64,000 nucleotides of DNA from NCBI GenBank assembly GCA_963841435.1, contig CAWJCS010000006.1:800001-864000 (forward strand). The letters are read 5' to 3'. Position 1 is the first letter of the stretch, and every line of letters starts with the position of its first letter. The notes beneath the pieces are model-generated. The model saw only the letters and a list, made by a program, of their open reading frames with translations. It was not told the DNA's origin and made no database searches. Positions 52,960 through 62,684 of this stretch are shown piece by piece. The position numbers and the translations under genes were made by a program. Source of the stretch: an uncultured delta proteobacterium (GTDB taxonomy: Bacteria > Myxococcota_A > Polyangia > Polyangiales > Polyangiaceae).

Positions 52960-53826
52960 TCACTGCGCGATGCAGTTGTCTTGCATGATGGCCCAGATCG
53001 CATCCGCGATCGCCCTCGCGCCGGCCTGTGAGGCCTGGATACCGCTACCGTCCGTGTACTCCGGGTGACCCTGCCAGATGGGCTGCAGGTCGAGGAAGTA
53101 GCAAGGCACGACGCTCGCCTCGCACGCCGGCTGGACCTTTTCGCGCAGCTTGGCGACACCGGGGATGTTCGGAAGCTCGGGCATCAAGTAGTAGATGACC
53201 TGCTCGACGCTGCCGTCGCTCGCTACTTCTGCCAAGAGCTCGGCGAAGTTGTCGGCAGCCGTCGCGACGGACGCGTCGGAGCCTCCGCCGATGATCGTGT
53301 CCCAGGTGCCCCCGTCCATCACCAGTACCTTGACCTTGGTGGAGCCCGCCTCTCGTGATCGGTATTGTTGGGCGACGTCGGCCATGAAGTGGCTTGGCTG
53401 CGCCAGCACCACGTAGCCCTCGCCGTCCCCGAGCGCCCCGGCGTTCCGCGCGTAATCCTGGACGCGGGTATACTGATCTCCGGGAAAATAGATCCAGGTA
53501 TCGCCTATCCAGACGACCTCATTCGCTTTCACGAGCCCGGGCTGGCAAGAATCCGGAGCGCCCGCCGCGTCATCCGGCCCAGCGTCCATTCCGCTTGCCC
53601 CGCTGACCCCGCCGCTTGCTCCACTGACCCCGCCGCTTGCCCCTCCTCCACTCACCGCGCCCGTCGCAGCTCCCGCTCCGACGGCTCCCGAGCTCCCGCC
53701 CGTGCCCGCCGCCACCCCCGCACCGGCCTCTTCGTCCCCCAGCCGGACGACCTCGCCCCCACAGCTGAAAATGACGGCGCCGGCGGTCAGCACGATGATA
53801 CGCCGGGCGAGCGCCGCGCGAGCCAT
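52960..53826 (-). CDS. SGNH/GDSL-fold lipoprotein with altered catalytic residues
   Basis: Lipobox IFSC, Gly linker, VVWIGDTW, VLVMDGGTWD, C-terminal TDGSGIQASQAGARAIADAIW. Confidence 0.7.
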   Translation of the reverse strand: MARAALARRIIVLTAGAVIFSCGGEVVRLGDEEAGAGVAAGTGGSSGAVGAGAATGAVSGGGASGGVSGASGGVSGASGMDAGPDDAAGAPDSCQPGLVKANEVVWIGDTWIYFPGDQYTRVQDYARNAGALGDGEGYVVLAQPSHFMADVAQQYRSREAGSTKVKVLVMDGGTWDTIIGGGSDASVATAADNFAELLAEVASDGSVEQVIYYLMPELPNIPGVAKLREKVQPACEASVVPCYFLDLQPIWQGHPEYTDGSGIQASQAGARAIADAIWAIMQDNCIAQ

Positions 53827-53832
53827 CGCAGG

Positions 53833-55029
53833 ATGCTATCACCTCCGTTGATTCCGACCAGGCTCCTGTTCGTGCCGCTCGCGCTCGCGGCCGGAGCCGG
53901 CGTCGCCGTCGCCGAGCCGAAGGCCCCGCCCGCCACGGCACGTCTGCAGGTTCGGTCGAGCCCGGGGTGTGCGTCGCGAGCGGCGCTCGTCGCGCGCGTG
54001 CTCGCCCGCTTGCCGCAGGTGCGCTTCGTCAACGAAGGCGCATCGCTGTCGATCCGCGCGCGCTTCGAGCCCGCACCATCGGGAGGCGTCAAGAGCGTTC
54101 TCGTTCTCAATCCGCCGGGAGCGAACTCCACGACGCGGCGGTTGGTCGCCCGCTCGTGCGAGGAAGCCGTCGATGCCGCGGCGCTCATCATCGCGGTCGC
54201 GCTCGGTCGACCCGAAGGCGAGTCGGAGCGTGCAGCTGCGTCCGGTGTTACCGGCGCGGGCGGAGCCTCTGGAGCGACTGGCACGGCCGGCACGGCTGGC
54301 ACGGCCGGCACGGCCGGCGAGACGGCAGAAAACCCCGACGACGCCCCGACGACACCCCCCCCTGCGGCAGCGGCGCCGTCGCGCCCCGAGAACGAGCCCG
54401 AACGACCGCCCGAAGAACCCGCGGAGCGGCCCACCGCACCCACTCCCGTAACGGCCGGCGAGGCGACGAGCCCGGACGTTGCGGGATCGGATGGGTCGGG
54501 CTCCGTGCGCGTCGCCTTGGGGGTGAACGTCGCGGGGCAATCGTTCTTCGGGCCCGCCCCCTCGTTCATGCCTGGTGTCGCGGCCTACGCCATCGCCGAC
54601 ATCGACCACCCGGCGCCCTGGGCGTCCGCGCTCGTGCTCGGCGTGACCCACGCGTGGAGGGTGGGACTCGTCACGGATGGCGGCACGGCTTCCTTCGCGC
54701 TCGACGCCGCGAGCCTCGACGCCTGCCCGCTCCGCGTGCCCGTTTCGTTCATCGAGGCGCGCGCCTGCGCGTCGGGCCTCGTCGGGCGCCTGTCGGCCAA
54801 GGGTAGCTCCACGTACAACTCACCGGGTCGGGTCGCTCGCCCGTTTGCCGTCGTGGGCGGCGCCGCGCTGCTCACGGTGCGGCTCGGGCCGATCGTCGAG
54901 TGCGCGCTCCGCGGCTCGGTCGGTGCAAACCTCGTTCGCGATTCCTTCGAGTTCGCCCCGACCGTGTTTCACTCGGTTCCGGCCGTGACCGAAGCCGCGA
55001 GCCTGGGGCTCGGCGTTCACTTCGAGTAG
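53833..55029 (+). CDS. Secreted, probable outer-membrane protein of the myxobacterial ECF-module type
   Basis: Signal peptide, PGCASRAAL..RRLVARSCEEAVDAAALIIAVAL, Pro-rich linker, beta-strand C-terminus ending LGLGVHFE. Confidence 0.65.
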   Translation: MLSPPLIPTRLLFVPLALAAGAGVAVAEPKAPPATARLQVRSSPGCASRAALVARVLARLPQVRFVNEGASLSIRARFEPAPSGGVKSVLVLNPPGANSTTRRLVARSCEEAVDAAALIIAVALGRPEGESERAAASGVTGAGGASGATGTAGTAGTAGTAGETAENPDDAPTTPPPAAAAPSRPENEPERPPEEPAERPTAPTPVTAGEATSPDVAGSDGSGSVRVALGVNVAGQSFFGPAPSFMPGVAAYAIADIDHPAPWASALVLGVTHAWRVGLVTDGGTASFALDAASLDACPLRVPVSFIEARACASGLVGRLSAKGSSTYNSPGRVARPFAVVGGAALLTVRLGPIVECALRGSVGANLVRDSFEFAPTVFHSVPAVTEAASLGLGVHFE

Positions 55030-55057
55030 CCGTGGCGCGGGTCGCCGCAGCCGGCAC

Positions 55058-55804
55058 TCACTTTTGCCCCGTGAGCCCCTTCACGCGATCGGCAAGCGGG
55101 CTACCGGGCTGCTCCTTTCCGAACCGATCGGCCAGCGCGCGCGCTTCGCCGGTACGGCCGAGGCCAACGAGCGCTTCGACCTTGAGCGCATTCGCTTCGG
55201 GGCGAAAGCTGCCCGCCGGGTACTTCGACAGGTAGCGCTGCAGGACTTCCAACGCGCGCTCGTTGGCGCCCGTCGCGAGCGCCGAACGAGCGGCGTCGAG
55301 CAGCGCGATCTGGTTGCGAAGGTCGGCCACGGGAGCGGCCGCGCGACCCGGCGCCGCGCGACCGGCAGTCGTCGATGCGGCCCGCGCGGGGGGTGCCGGG
55401 GCTCGCTCGACCTCGGGAACCGCCGCGACGTCCGGCGCGACGGGCGCCGGCGGCGGCGCCTTCACTTCGGGCGCGCTCGAAGAAAAGGGGCGCGACGGCG
55501 CGGGGGTCGCCCGCGGCCACGCGACCACGAGCGCTCCACCAACGGCGACTGCCACGACGACACCGGAAATCCAGGGCACGAGCGCGCTCGAGCCCGTGGC
55601 TGCTTCGGGCGCGAGCGTACCGCTTCCCGAACCGCCGCTTCCCGCGCCGATGGCGGGCGGAGCAACTCCGATTGCCTTCGCCATGCGCTCGGTCAGCGCC
55701 CGTGACGGCTCCTCGCGCGAGCCGGCTCGAAGCAGGCGCTGCTCGAGCTCGGTGCCGCCGGCGTCTCGCAATGGCTCCGGCAATCGTTTCGTCGAGGTGC
55801 TCAT
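55058..55804 (-). CDS. Putative anti-sigma factor (one TM, Pro-rich linker, C-terminal TPR)
   Basis: ATGA-coupled to the ECF sigma. QIALLDAARSAL..LQRYLSKYPAGSFRPEANALKVEAL..PGSPLADRV. Confidence 0.78.
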   Translation of the reverse strand: MSTSTKRLPEPLRDAGGTELEQRLLRAGSREEPSRALTERMAKAIGVAPPAIGAGSGGSGSGTLAPEAATGSSALVPWISGVVVAVAVGGALVVAWPRATPAPSRPFSSSAPEVKAPPPAPVAPDVAAVPEVERAPAPPARAASTTAGRAAPGRAAAPVADLRNQIALLDAARSALATGANERALEVLQRYLSKYPAGSFRPEANALKVEALVGLGRTGEARALADRFGKEQPGSPLADRVKGLTGQK

Positions 55805-56382
55805 GGCTTGCTCCGCTGCATGGCTCGCTCGATACGAGCAACCGCGTTGCGGAACTGTTCGCGGGCCCGGCGGAGACGCGACGCAACGCTGCCGAGCGGA
55901 ATCCCGAGCAACGACGCGATCTCGGGCGAGGAAAGCCCCTGAGTCTCGTAGAGCACGAACACCTCCGCGAGCTCGGCGTTCAGCCTGGACAGCGCCATGT
56001 CACAGAGCTCAACGTCGGCGTGCGCGTCGTGGGCGTCGCGAGCCCCCGACGCGCGCTGGTCCATGTCTTCGTCGAGATGCCAGCGCATCGTCTTGCGATG
56101 CAGCGTGTGCGCGACACGAAGCGCCGTTCCGATGAGGAATGCCTGCTCCGCATGCGCCTTTATGTCCGACAAGCGGCCCGCGGCGATCAAGAACGTCTCC
56201 TGCGTAGCATCTGCGGCTTCATCCTCCGTCAAGCCACGACGGCGCAGTGTACGCCACACTACGGCATGGTGGTTTGCGAACAGCTGTTCGAGCTGCGCGC
56301 GGTCCGCCGCGGAGGACGGTAGAGGACCGTCGCGCTCCTTTACCGTTACCGTCTCGATCTCCGCACGGGCAACTGCGACCAC
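55801..56382 (-). CDS. ECF RNA polymerase sigma factor
   Basis: Region 2 VWRTLRRRGL..AADATQETFL. Region 4 EVFVLYETQGLSSPEIASLLGIPLGSVASRLRRAR. Confidence 0.93.
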   Translation of the reverse strand: MVAVARAEIETVTVKERDGPLPSSAADRAQLEQLFANHHAVVWRTLRRRGLTEDEAADATQETFLIAAGRLSDIKAHAEQAFLIGTALRVAHTLHRKTMRWHLDEDMDQRASGARDAHDAHADVELCDMALSRLNAELAEVFVLYETQGLSSPEIASLLGIPLGSVASRLRRAREQFRNAVARIERAMQRSKP

Positions 56383-56564
56383 GACCTGATTCGACTATGC
56401 GACCTCCACGCTCGTTCGATCAAGGAAAGTAACGACGACACCGAAATGGATTCGACCAGCAAAAACGGGCACCGGCGTGGGCCCGAACTTTTCTTGATCG
56501 ATCGCCGCGTGTGGTCGCATGTGCTGAAGGGTGCGGCGTCCCGTGCCTGCACGCCCAATCCCGC

Positions 56565-58043
56565 ATGTCCCGTTCCGTTCTCGCGCCGGACCCGACGGCT
56601 TTGCCCCGTGGAGGCGACGCGGTGCCTCCTTCGAGCGTGCGAGCGAACCGGGGTGGGAAACCGAGCGCGCTCGGAGGCGCGACGAGCAGCCGTGCCGCAC
56701 GCAACGACGGGGCGGCGCCCGTCAGGACCGCGGAGCTGCTCGGACGGCTCACGCTCGCCTGCGACGCGGCAGCCGATACCGCGCCGGGCATGGCCGTGCG
56801 TTCCACGGTGCTCGCCGTCGAGCTCGGGAAGCTAGCGGGTGCCACCGCTCGACAGCTGCGAGAGACCTATTGGCTGACACTTCTCGGACACCTGAGCGGC
56901 ACGGGCTTCGCTCGGGATCGGGGCACGATGTCGGAGCGGCTCGTCGCCCAACGTCGGGATGTGCTGGCGAGCGTGCTCAGCGATCATCGGCAAGGGCGGG
57001 CAGGTTTTTCGACGGACGCCCGCGAGACGACGGAGCTTTCGTCCTGCCTCTACGAGATCGCGCAGCTCGTCGAGCTCGCGCGTGACCTCGACGGGCGCGA
57101 CGCTGCACTCGAGACTGCGCGAAGGCTCGGGGGAGACCATTTCGATCCGCTCGTCTCGAGGGCGCTCGGCGAGCAAGGGGAGGCCCTGTTCGAGGCCGTC
57201 GACGATCCCCACATCTTCGAGCGCTTCCTGGAGCTCGAGCCCGGGCCCGTCGAATGGGCGGACGAGCGCGGGCTCGACTGCGTCGCTTGTGCGCTCGCCG
57301 CCTTCGCCGACCTCGCGAGCCCGATCTTCGTGGGCCACTCGACCGGCGTCGCCGCGCTCGCCGCGCGAACGGCTTTTCAGCTGGGCCTCGGTGACGGTGA
57401 GACACGCGCCCTGCGCCTGGGGGCCCTGCTGCACGACATCGGGCGGGTGAGCGTGCCGCAAGACATCTGGGCGCGTCGCGGCCCGCTGGACTGGGCGGCC
57501 TGGGAGCGCGTGCGCCTGCACACGCACTTCACGGGGCGAGTGCTCTGGCCGATCCGTGCGTTGGCCGAAGTGGCCGACATCGCCACGTCCGCGCACGAGC
57601 GGCTCGACGGCTCCGGCTACCCCCAACATCGCTCCGCGCGCACGCTGTCCGCGCCGGCTCGCGTGCTCGCCGCTGCCCACGCCGCCCATTCGATGAGCGA
57701 GGACCGCCCCCATCGGCTCGCGCTCGACTCCGACGCGATAGCGCGCGAGCTCGTCTTAGAGGCAGCCGCGGGGCGCTTGGATCCTCGCGCCGTCGATGCC
57801 GTGCTCGCTTGTCTCGGGCTGCCCGATCGGGCCGCGCCACCGAGCTCGCACGGACTCTCGGGGCGAGAGCTCGAAGTGTCACAACTTCTTGCGCGGGGTA
57901 AATCCGACAGGGAAATCGGCGCGTCGCTTCACATCTCCCCGCGTACCGTACAAGTTCACGTCGCGCGCATACTCGACAAGCTCGGAGTGCGAAGCCGCGC
58001 GGGCGCTGCCATCTGGCTCATCGAGCACGACCTCGCGAGCTGA
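56565..58043 (+). CDS. HD-GYP domain protein with C-terminal LuxR HTH (start uncertain)
   Basis: GHSTGVA, LLHDIGRV, HERLDGSGYP. LSGRELEVSQLLARGKSDREIGASLHISPRTVQVHVARILDKLGV. Confidence 0.88.
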   Translation: MSRSVLAPDPTALPRGGDAVPPSSVRANRGGKPSALGGATSSRAARNDGAAPVRTAELLGRLTLACDAAADTAPGMAVRSTVLAVELGKLAGATARQLRETYWLTLLGHLSGTGFARDRGTMSERLVAQRRDVLASVLSDHRQGRAGFSTDARETTELSSCLYEIAQLVELARDLDGRDAALETARRLGGDHFDPLVSRALGEQGEALFEAVDDPHIFERFLELEPGPVEWADERGLDCVACALAAFADLASPIFVGHSTGVAALAARTAFQLGLGDGETRALRLGALLHDIGRVSVPQDIWARRGPLDWAAWERVRLHTHFTGRVLWPIRALAEVADIATSAHERLDGSGYPQHRSARTLSAPARVLAAAHAAHSMSEDRPHRLALDSDAIARELVLEAAAGRLDPRAVDAVLACLGLPDRAAPPSSHGLSGRELEVSQLLARGKSDREIGASLHISPRTVQVHVARILDKLGVRSRAGAAIWLIEHDLAS

Positions 58044-58421
58044 CGCTTCGACCCACGCGCTCCGCGCGCGTCCGTTGTCGTAGTCGTCATCCGTTGTCGT
58101 AGCCGGCGTGGGGGAGCATCCGGCAGGTTGCCGCCAACTACGTATTTCGACGTATCCGCTCTCGTTCGCATCCGAAAAATTCGTTGATCGGAGCCGCGTG
58201 GCCCGCACGGTGATCGCTCGCTTCCTTTTTCTGATCGATCCCGGGAGCTTGTCGCATGAACGTACCGAAAGCTCCGGCCAAAGACTCCCGATCGAGAGCT
58301 CCTCCTGGTGACGGGTCCTGCCGGGATCTGCTTGGCCAGCGCCGCAGTGCGGGCGTGGCGACGAGTGGTTGGACGGCGTGCCCCCAATCCCTCGTCCCGA
58401 AGACACCCAAGGAAAGAACCC

Positions 58422-59513
58422 ATGAAACACCGTAAACTCACGCTGTCGTCCATTACGTCCCTCGGACTCGGTATTGCAGGGCTTTGGGTCACGGCGTGCA
58501 GCTCGGGCGACGACGGAACCGCAAACACGGCTCCTGGCACGGGCGGTACGGGCGCGAGCGGCGGCTCGTCGGGAACGGGCGCGCTCGCGGGCACCGGTGG
58601 TACCAGCGGCACCGGAACGGGTGGCGCGGGCGGCAGCGCGGGCGTGAGCACAGGCGGTAGCGCGGGCGTGAGCACGGGCGGCAGCGCTGGTGTAAGCACG
58701 GGCGGTAGCGCGGGCGTGAGCACAGGCGGCGGCGCGGGCGCGGGAGCTGGCGGCAGCGCCGGTGTGAGCACGGGCGGCGGCTCGGGTGCCGGCGCCGGTG
58801 GCATGGGTGGCACGGACATCGGTGGTGACGGCGGCACGGCTGGCAGCACGGGCGGCGCAGGAGCCGGCGGCGTGAGCGGCGCGGCGGGCGCGGCGGGAGG
58901 CGGAGCCGCAGGCGCCGGTGCCGGCGGCATGAGCGGAGGCGGCGGGACCGCGGGCTCGGGCGGCGGAGACAACCTGAACAGCGGGCCCAACACGATGGGC
59001 TGGATCGGCTGCTCGATGGGAGAGAACGTCGCCAGGGGCTACACGCGGGCCGGCGGCACCCGCATGTGGGGCGACTACGGCAACGGCGGCGCCGTCGTTC
59101 AGAACTGGACCACCAACAACTCCAGCAACTGGCAGGGCTTCGATCGGCAGTCGAGCATGTACGGCAAGCCGGTCGCCATCTGGATCATGATCTGCATCTT
59201 CTCGACCGGGGCGACGATGGATGAGGTCCGCACGATGGTGAACAACGCCAAGACCCACGCCGCGGACGGCGCGTACATCTACATCACGGGCCAGCCGCTC
59301 TACACGGACGGCCACGTCTGCACGCTCGCCGGCAACGGTGGTCCCGAGTTGACGGACATGCAGGCCCAGCAAATGGCCATGGAAGATCCTCAGGTCCACT
59401 ACGCCGGAGTGCTCGGCCCGCTCGCGCAGGGCGAGTATCAGAGCGATTCCTGCCATGCGAACAACGCAGGCGAGGACAAGCTCGGCAAACAGGTCCTCGC
59501 GATCTGGCACTGA
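58422..59513 (+). CDS. Lipoprotein with Gly-rich linker and SGNH-like C-terminal domain
   Basis: Lipobox VTAC, WIGCSM (block I-like), DSCHAN..G (block V-like). AAGGA RBS. Confidence 0.65.
   Translation: MKHRKLTLSSITSLGLGIAGLWVTACSSGDDGTANTAPGTGGTGASGGSSGTGALAGTGGTSGTGTGGAGGSAGVSTGGSAGVSTGGSAGVSTGGSAGVSTGGGAGAGAGGSAGVSTGGGSGAGAGGMGGTDIGGDGGTAGSTGGAGAGGVSGAAGAAGGGAAGAGAGGMSGGGGTAGSGGGDNLNSGPNTMGWIGCSMGENVARGYTRAGGTRMWGDYGNGGAVVQNWTTNNSSNWQGFDRQSSMYGKPVAIWIMICIFSTGATMDEVRTMVNNAKTHAADGAYIYITGQPLYTDGHVCTLAGNGGPELTDMQAQQMAMEDPQVHYAGVLGPLAQGEYQSDSCHANNAGEDKLGKQVLAIWH
58629..58772 (+). repeat. 24-bp coding repeat, 5 copies (GGSAGVST)
   Basis: Four adjacent units at 58629-58724 and a fifth at 58749-58772. 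Confidence 0.88.
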
Positions 59514-59609
59514 TGACAGCGCGTTTTTGAACGCGGCCCGGGCCGCTCGGGCACGCCTCGCGTGCGCGAGCCGAGTCGTGTTGACACGAACGATCGCGTA
59601 GGAGAACGG

Positions 59610-61007
59610 ATGAAGAACAGACTGGCACTCCTGGTGCTCGCCAGCGCCGCCCTGCTTAGCAGCTCCGCCGTCGCCGAAGATCGAAAGCCCGCGGCGGGGC
59701 CCACCGCGACCGACGTGCAGAAGGCCGCCACACTCGAGCTTTACGGCGCCCTCTTGCCCTTCGTCGAATACGTCCAAGCCGAAAATCCCACGCCGGTAGG
59801 GTTCTCGGAGGGGCCAGGTCACATCGGCACCACGGTAGCCAACTACGACGGGCTCGACGGGCCCCCGCGCGGTCGCATGTTGTCCGGAACGTCGCACTTT
59901 GGCGTGCGTGCGAGCCTCGCGCTCGTCGACCAGCTCAGGATCCTCGGGCAGTTCGAGACCGCGATGCCCATCGACGGCGACCCGAATCCCTGGGAAGCGC
60001 AGCTCCCCAATCGCAACAGCTATCTCGGTTTCACGGGCGATTGGGGCACGGTGGCATTCGGTCTTTTGGACACGCCCTACAAGTGGACCACGACGACGAT
60101 GGTAAACCCCATCAAAGGCGGTTACGTCGCCGACTACACGCCCGTCATCGGAACCCCCGGCTTTCTCGCGACCGCCGTCAACCCGGCCCAGCGCTGGGGC
60201 ATCAGCGGCGAGTCGAACGCCGCCTTCTACCGTCGAGAAGCCAACAGCCTCCAGTACTGGAGCCCCACCGTCTTCGGACTTTACGGGCGGGCAAGCTACA
60301 CGCTCGACGAGCTACGGCCGAGCGACAGTGTCGCGAGCGTTCGATCGAACCCCTATATCGTCTCCTTGGCGGCCGGCTTCGACCTCGACAAGGCCCTCGG
60401 CGGGGCCGAATTCGCGGGGCTCAGGATTCGTTACGCTTGGGAGTCGCACCACGACTACTTCGGCCTGGCCTACATCTACAATGCCCTCTCCGGAGCGCCC
60501 GACCGGCAAACCCGCACGGCAAACGATTGGGGGAACAAACTCACCGTCCAGTACACCCTTCCCATCACGCCCGACGTGAAAACGCGCGTCGTGGGGATCG
60601 GAGAGGAGCTGAAATACACGCTGCATGCGACGCTCCCGAACGACGCCAACATGTATTCGCGGCCCGCTTTCTACGCGCTGCTCGAGCAGACGGTCTTCGA
60701 GCACCACGTGTGGGGCGCCTACGGACGGGCGTATTCGGGCAAATGCACGCGTGTTCCGCAGGCGGATGGAACGCCTATCCCGTGCTCGACGGCGTTCGTG
60801 GGTGCAAAGCTCATGGAAGCCGGCTACATGTACGCGTTCACCGACAAGGTGCAGGCGTACGTCATGGGGTATCGCCTCGTCAACGAGCGCTCGGCGCTCT
60901 ACGTCACGACGCCGCACTTGCCACGCGAAGGCCTCTCCCCCGGCCTCGACACGACGGGTGTGGGCGTGGGCTTTTACTACGCGTTTGGCACCGATCTGCT
61001 CGACTGA
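59610..61007 (+). CDS. Gram-negative porin family protein
   Basis: Signal peptide, LELYG, SHFGVRAS, GQFET, NRNSYLGFTGDWGTVAFG..DTPYK, NSLQYWSP, terminal GVGFYYAF. Confidence 0.82.
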   Translation: MKNRLALLVLASAALLSSSAVAEDRKPAAGPTATDVQKAATLELYGALLPFVEYVQAENPTPVGFSEGPGHIGTTVANYDGLDGPPRGRMLSGTSHFGVRASLALVDQLRILGQFETAMPIDGDPNPWEAQLPNRNSYLGFTGDWGTVAFGLLDTPYKWTTTTMVNPIKGGYVADYTPVIGTPGFLATAVNPAQRWGISGESNAAFYRREANSLQYWSPTVFGLYGRASYTLDELRPSDSVASVRSNPYIVSLAAGFDLDKALGGAEFAGLRIRYAWESHHDYFGLAYIYNALSGAPDRQTRTANDWGNKLTVQYTLPITPDVKTRVVGIGEELKYTLHATLPNDANMYSRPAFYALLEQTVFEHHVWGAYGRAYSGKCTRVPQADGTPIPCSTAFVGAKLMEAGYMYAFTDKVQAYVMGYRLVNERSALYVTTPHLPREGLSPGLDTTGVGVGFYYAFGTDLLD

Positions 61008-61095
61008 GCCGATCGAGCCGCGAAGCTCGTCGAAGCCTACGGCGCCCTCGAGTCGCCGAGCCGATCCCGCGCCAGCCAACGGCCCAGAGGCGCGC

Positions 61096-62683
61096 TCAGC
61101 TGGGCGCGACCCAGAGCCCGGGAATGGGGCTCACGCCGTCCTTGACGTAGACCTCGCTCGCGAGCTCGCTCATCGCGTTCGTGCCGAGGAAGGCCTGCGC
61201 GACCGTCACCCAGAGCCGATTGTGGAGGCCGGAAACGCTCTGGAACTGGCCGCCCACGAGGCCGAGCTTGGTGCCGCCGAACACGATTGCCGCGTGCCCA
61301 TCGCGAGTATGGCTCGCCTCGGCGACCTCGGTGATCATGGGGATGACGCAGCGATCGAGCAGACTGCCGCCGTCCGGGTCGAGCGGATCCACTTCGAGCC
61401 TGAAGTCGTCGATGATGTCGGCCGTCTTCTGGAAATACCAGCGGTTGGCGTTGACCATGGCATCCCACACGTAGGCGCTCGCGTCGGGACGCGGGCCGTT
61501 GAAGAAGGACGCCTCGCCGACGCGGTGGCTGAGCGGGTGGTGCATCCAAATGGTCTTCGGGTCGTTGGGATCGAGCCCTGCGAAGGAAACGTGGTTGGTC
61601 CCGGGGGCCCACTGGAAGGTAGCGACACGAACGATGTCGCACGCCAGCGCGGCCCGGAGGATGGCGGCGTGCGCCTTACCGACGGCTTCGTGCGTCGCCT
61701 CGTCGGACGTGTTGGCTTCGGGGAATTGGTAGTCGACGGTCAGCGCATCGCCCGAGCGGCCCGTGAGGCCGCGGTCCGGCAGCGGCGGCACGCGACAATC
61801 GACTCCATGGCCACCGCCCGCGAGCTGCTCGCTGAGCTGGGCTTCGAGCTTGCGCACGCTCGTGGCGTGGGCATCGATCTTGTCGCGCTCGCTCAGGGGA
61901 GCGAGCTTTCTGAGGTGGGCGAGCTCGCGCAGCGAATAGTCGAGCACGCTCTTTCGGAGCAGGAGAAGCTTCGTCGCCTCCGGATCGCTCATCGTGCCAC
62001 CGGGCACGAAGCCGCTGAAGAGGTCGTTGTAGGCCGTGAGCGGGACCAGCTGTGGGAGCAGAGGCTGGTTCTCCACGATTGTGCCGCCGGGAATGGCGGA
62101 ATTCACGGACTGCTTTTCGTAGCCGTAGGATAGACAACGCGTCAACGTCTCGTAGGAGTTGACACGGCGATCGCAGATCACGTTGTAGTGACCCTTGCCG
62201 ATGACCGTCCCGAGATCGTTCGTTCTCGAAAGCTCAGGCACGTGCTTCAAGAAGATCTGGTCCCACGACGGCCCGCCCGCGCAGCCGTCGTCCGTTTCTC
62301 CGCCGTTGGCGCGCGTCCCCGGCGAGCTTGCGCCCGTGGTGGCGAACGAGGTGCCGTCCTCGTGGCCGCCACCCTTGCCACGCAGGCCGTCCATGTCGAA
62401 GCCGTGCAGGACGATCGTGTGCGGGCGAAGCTCCGCGGTATCGAATGGAGAGACGATGTAGCCGGGTCCCTGTGCCGTCTTCGAACGTCGTGTACGCGGT
62501 GCCGCTGCCGGTGGGAATGAACTGGTTTCTGATCGTGCCCACGGGCCAGTGCATCATCAAGAAGCGGGGAGGTGGAGCGGCACCCTCGGCGGCGGCTTCC
62601 AGGTTGCCGAGCAGGATCTCGAGGCCGAAGGCGCCGCCGATGGCGGCGAGGAACGAGCGTCGAGCGAAGCGATAGGACCGCAT
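61096..62683 (-). CDS. DUF1552-family protein (apparent +1 frameshift near 62484)
   Basis: Tat-like ARRSFLAAIG, RFLMMHWPVG, GPSWDQ, RKSVLDY, ERDKIDAHATSVRKLE, ALACDIVRVAT, SLLDR. Confidence 0.82.
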
Positions 62684-62684
62684 G

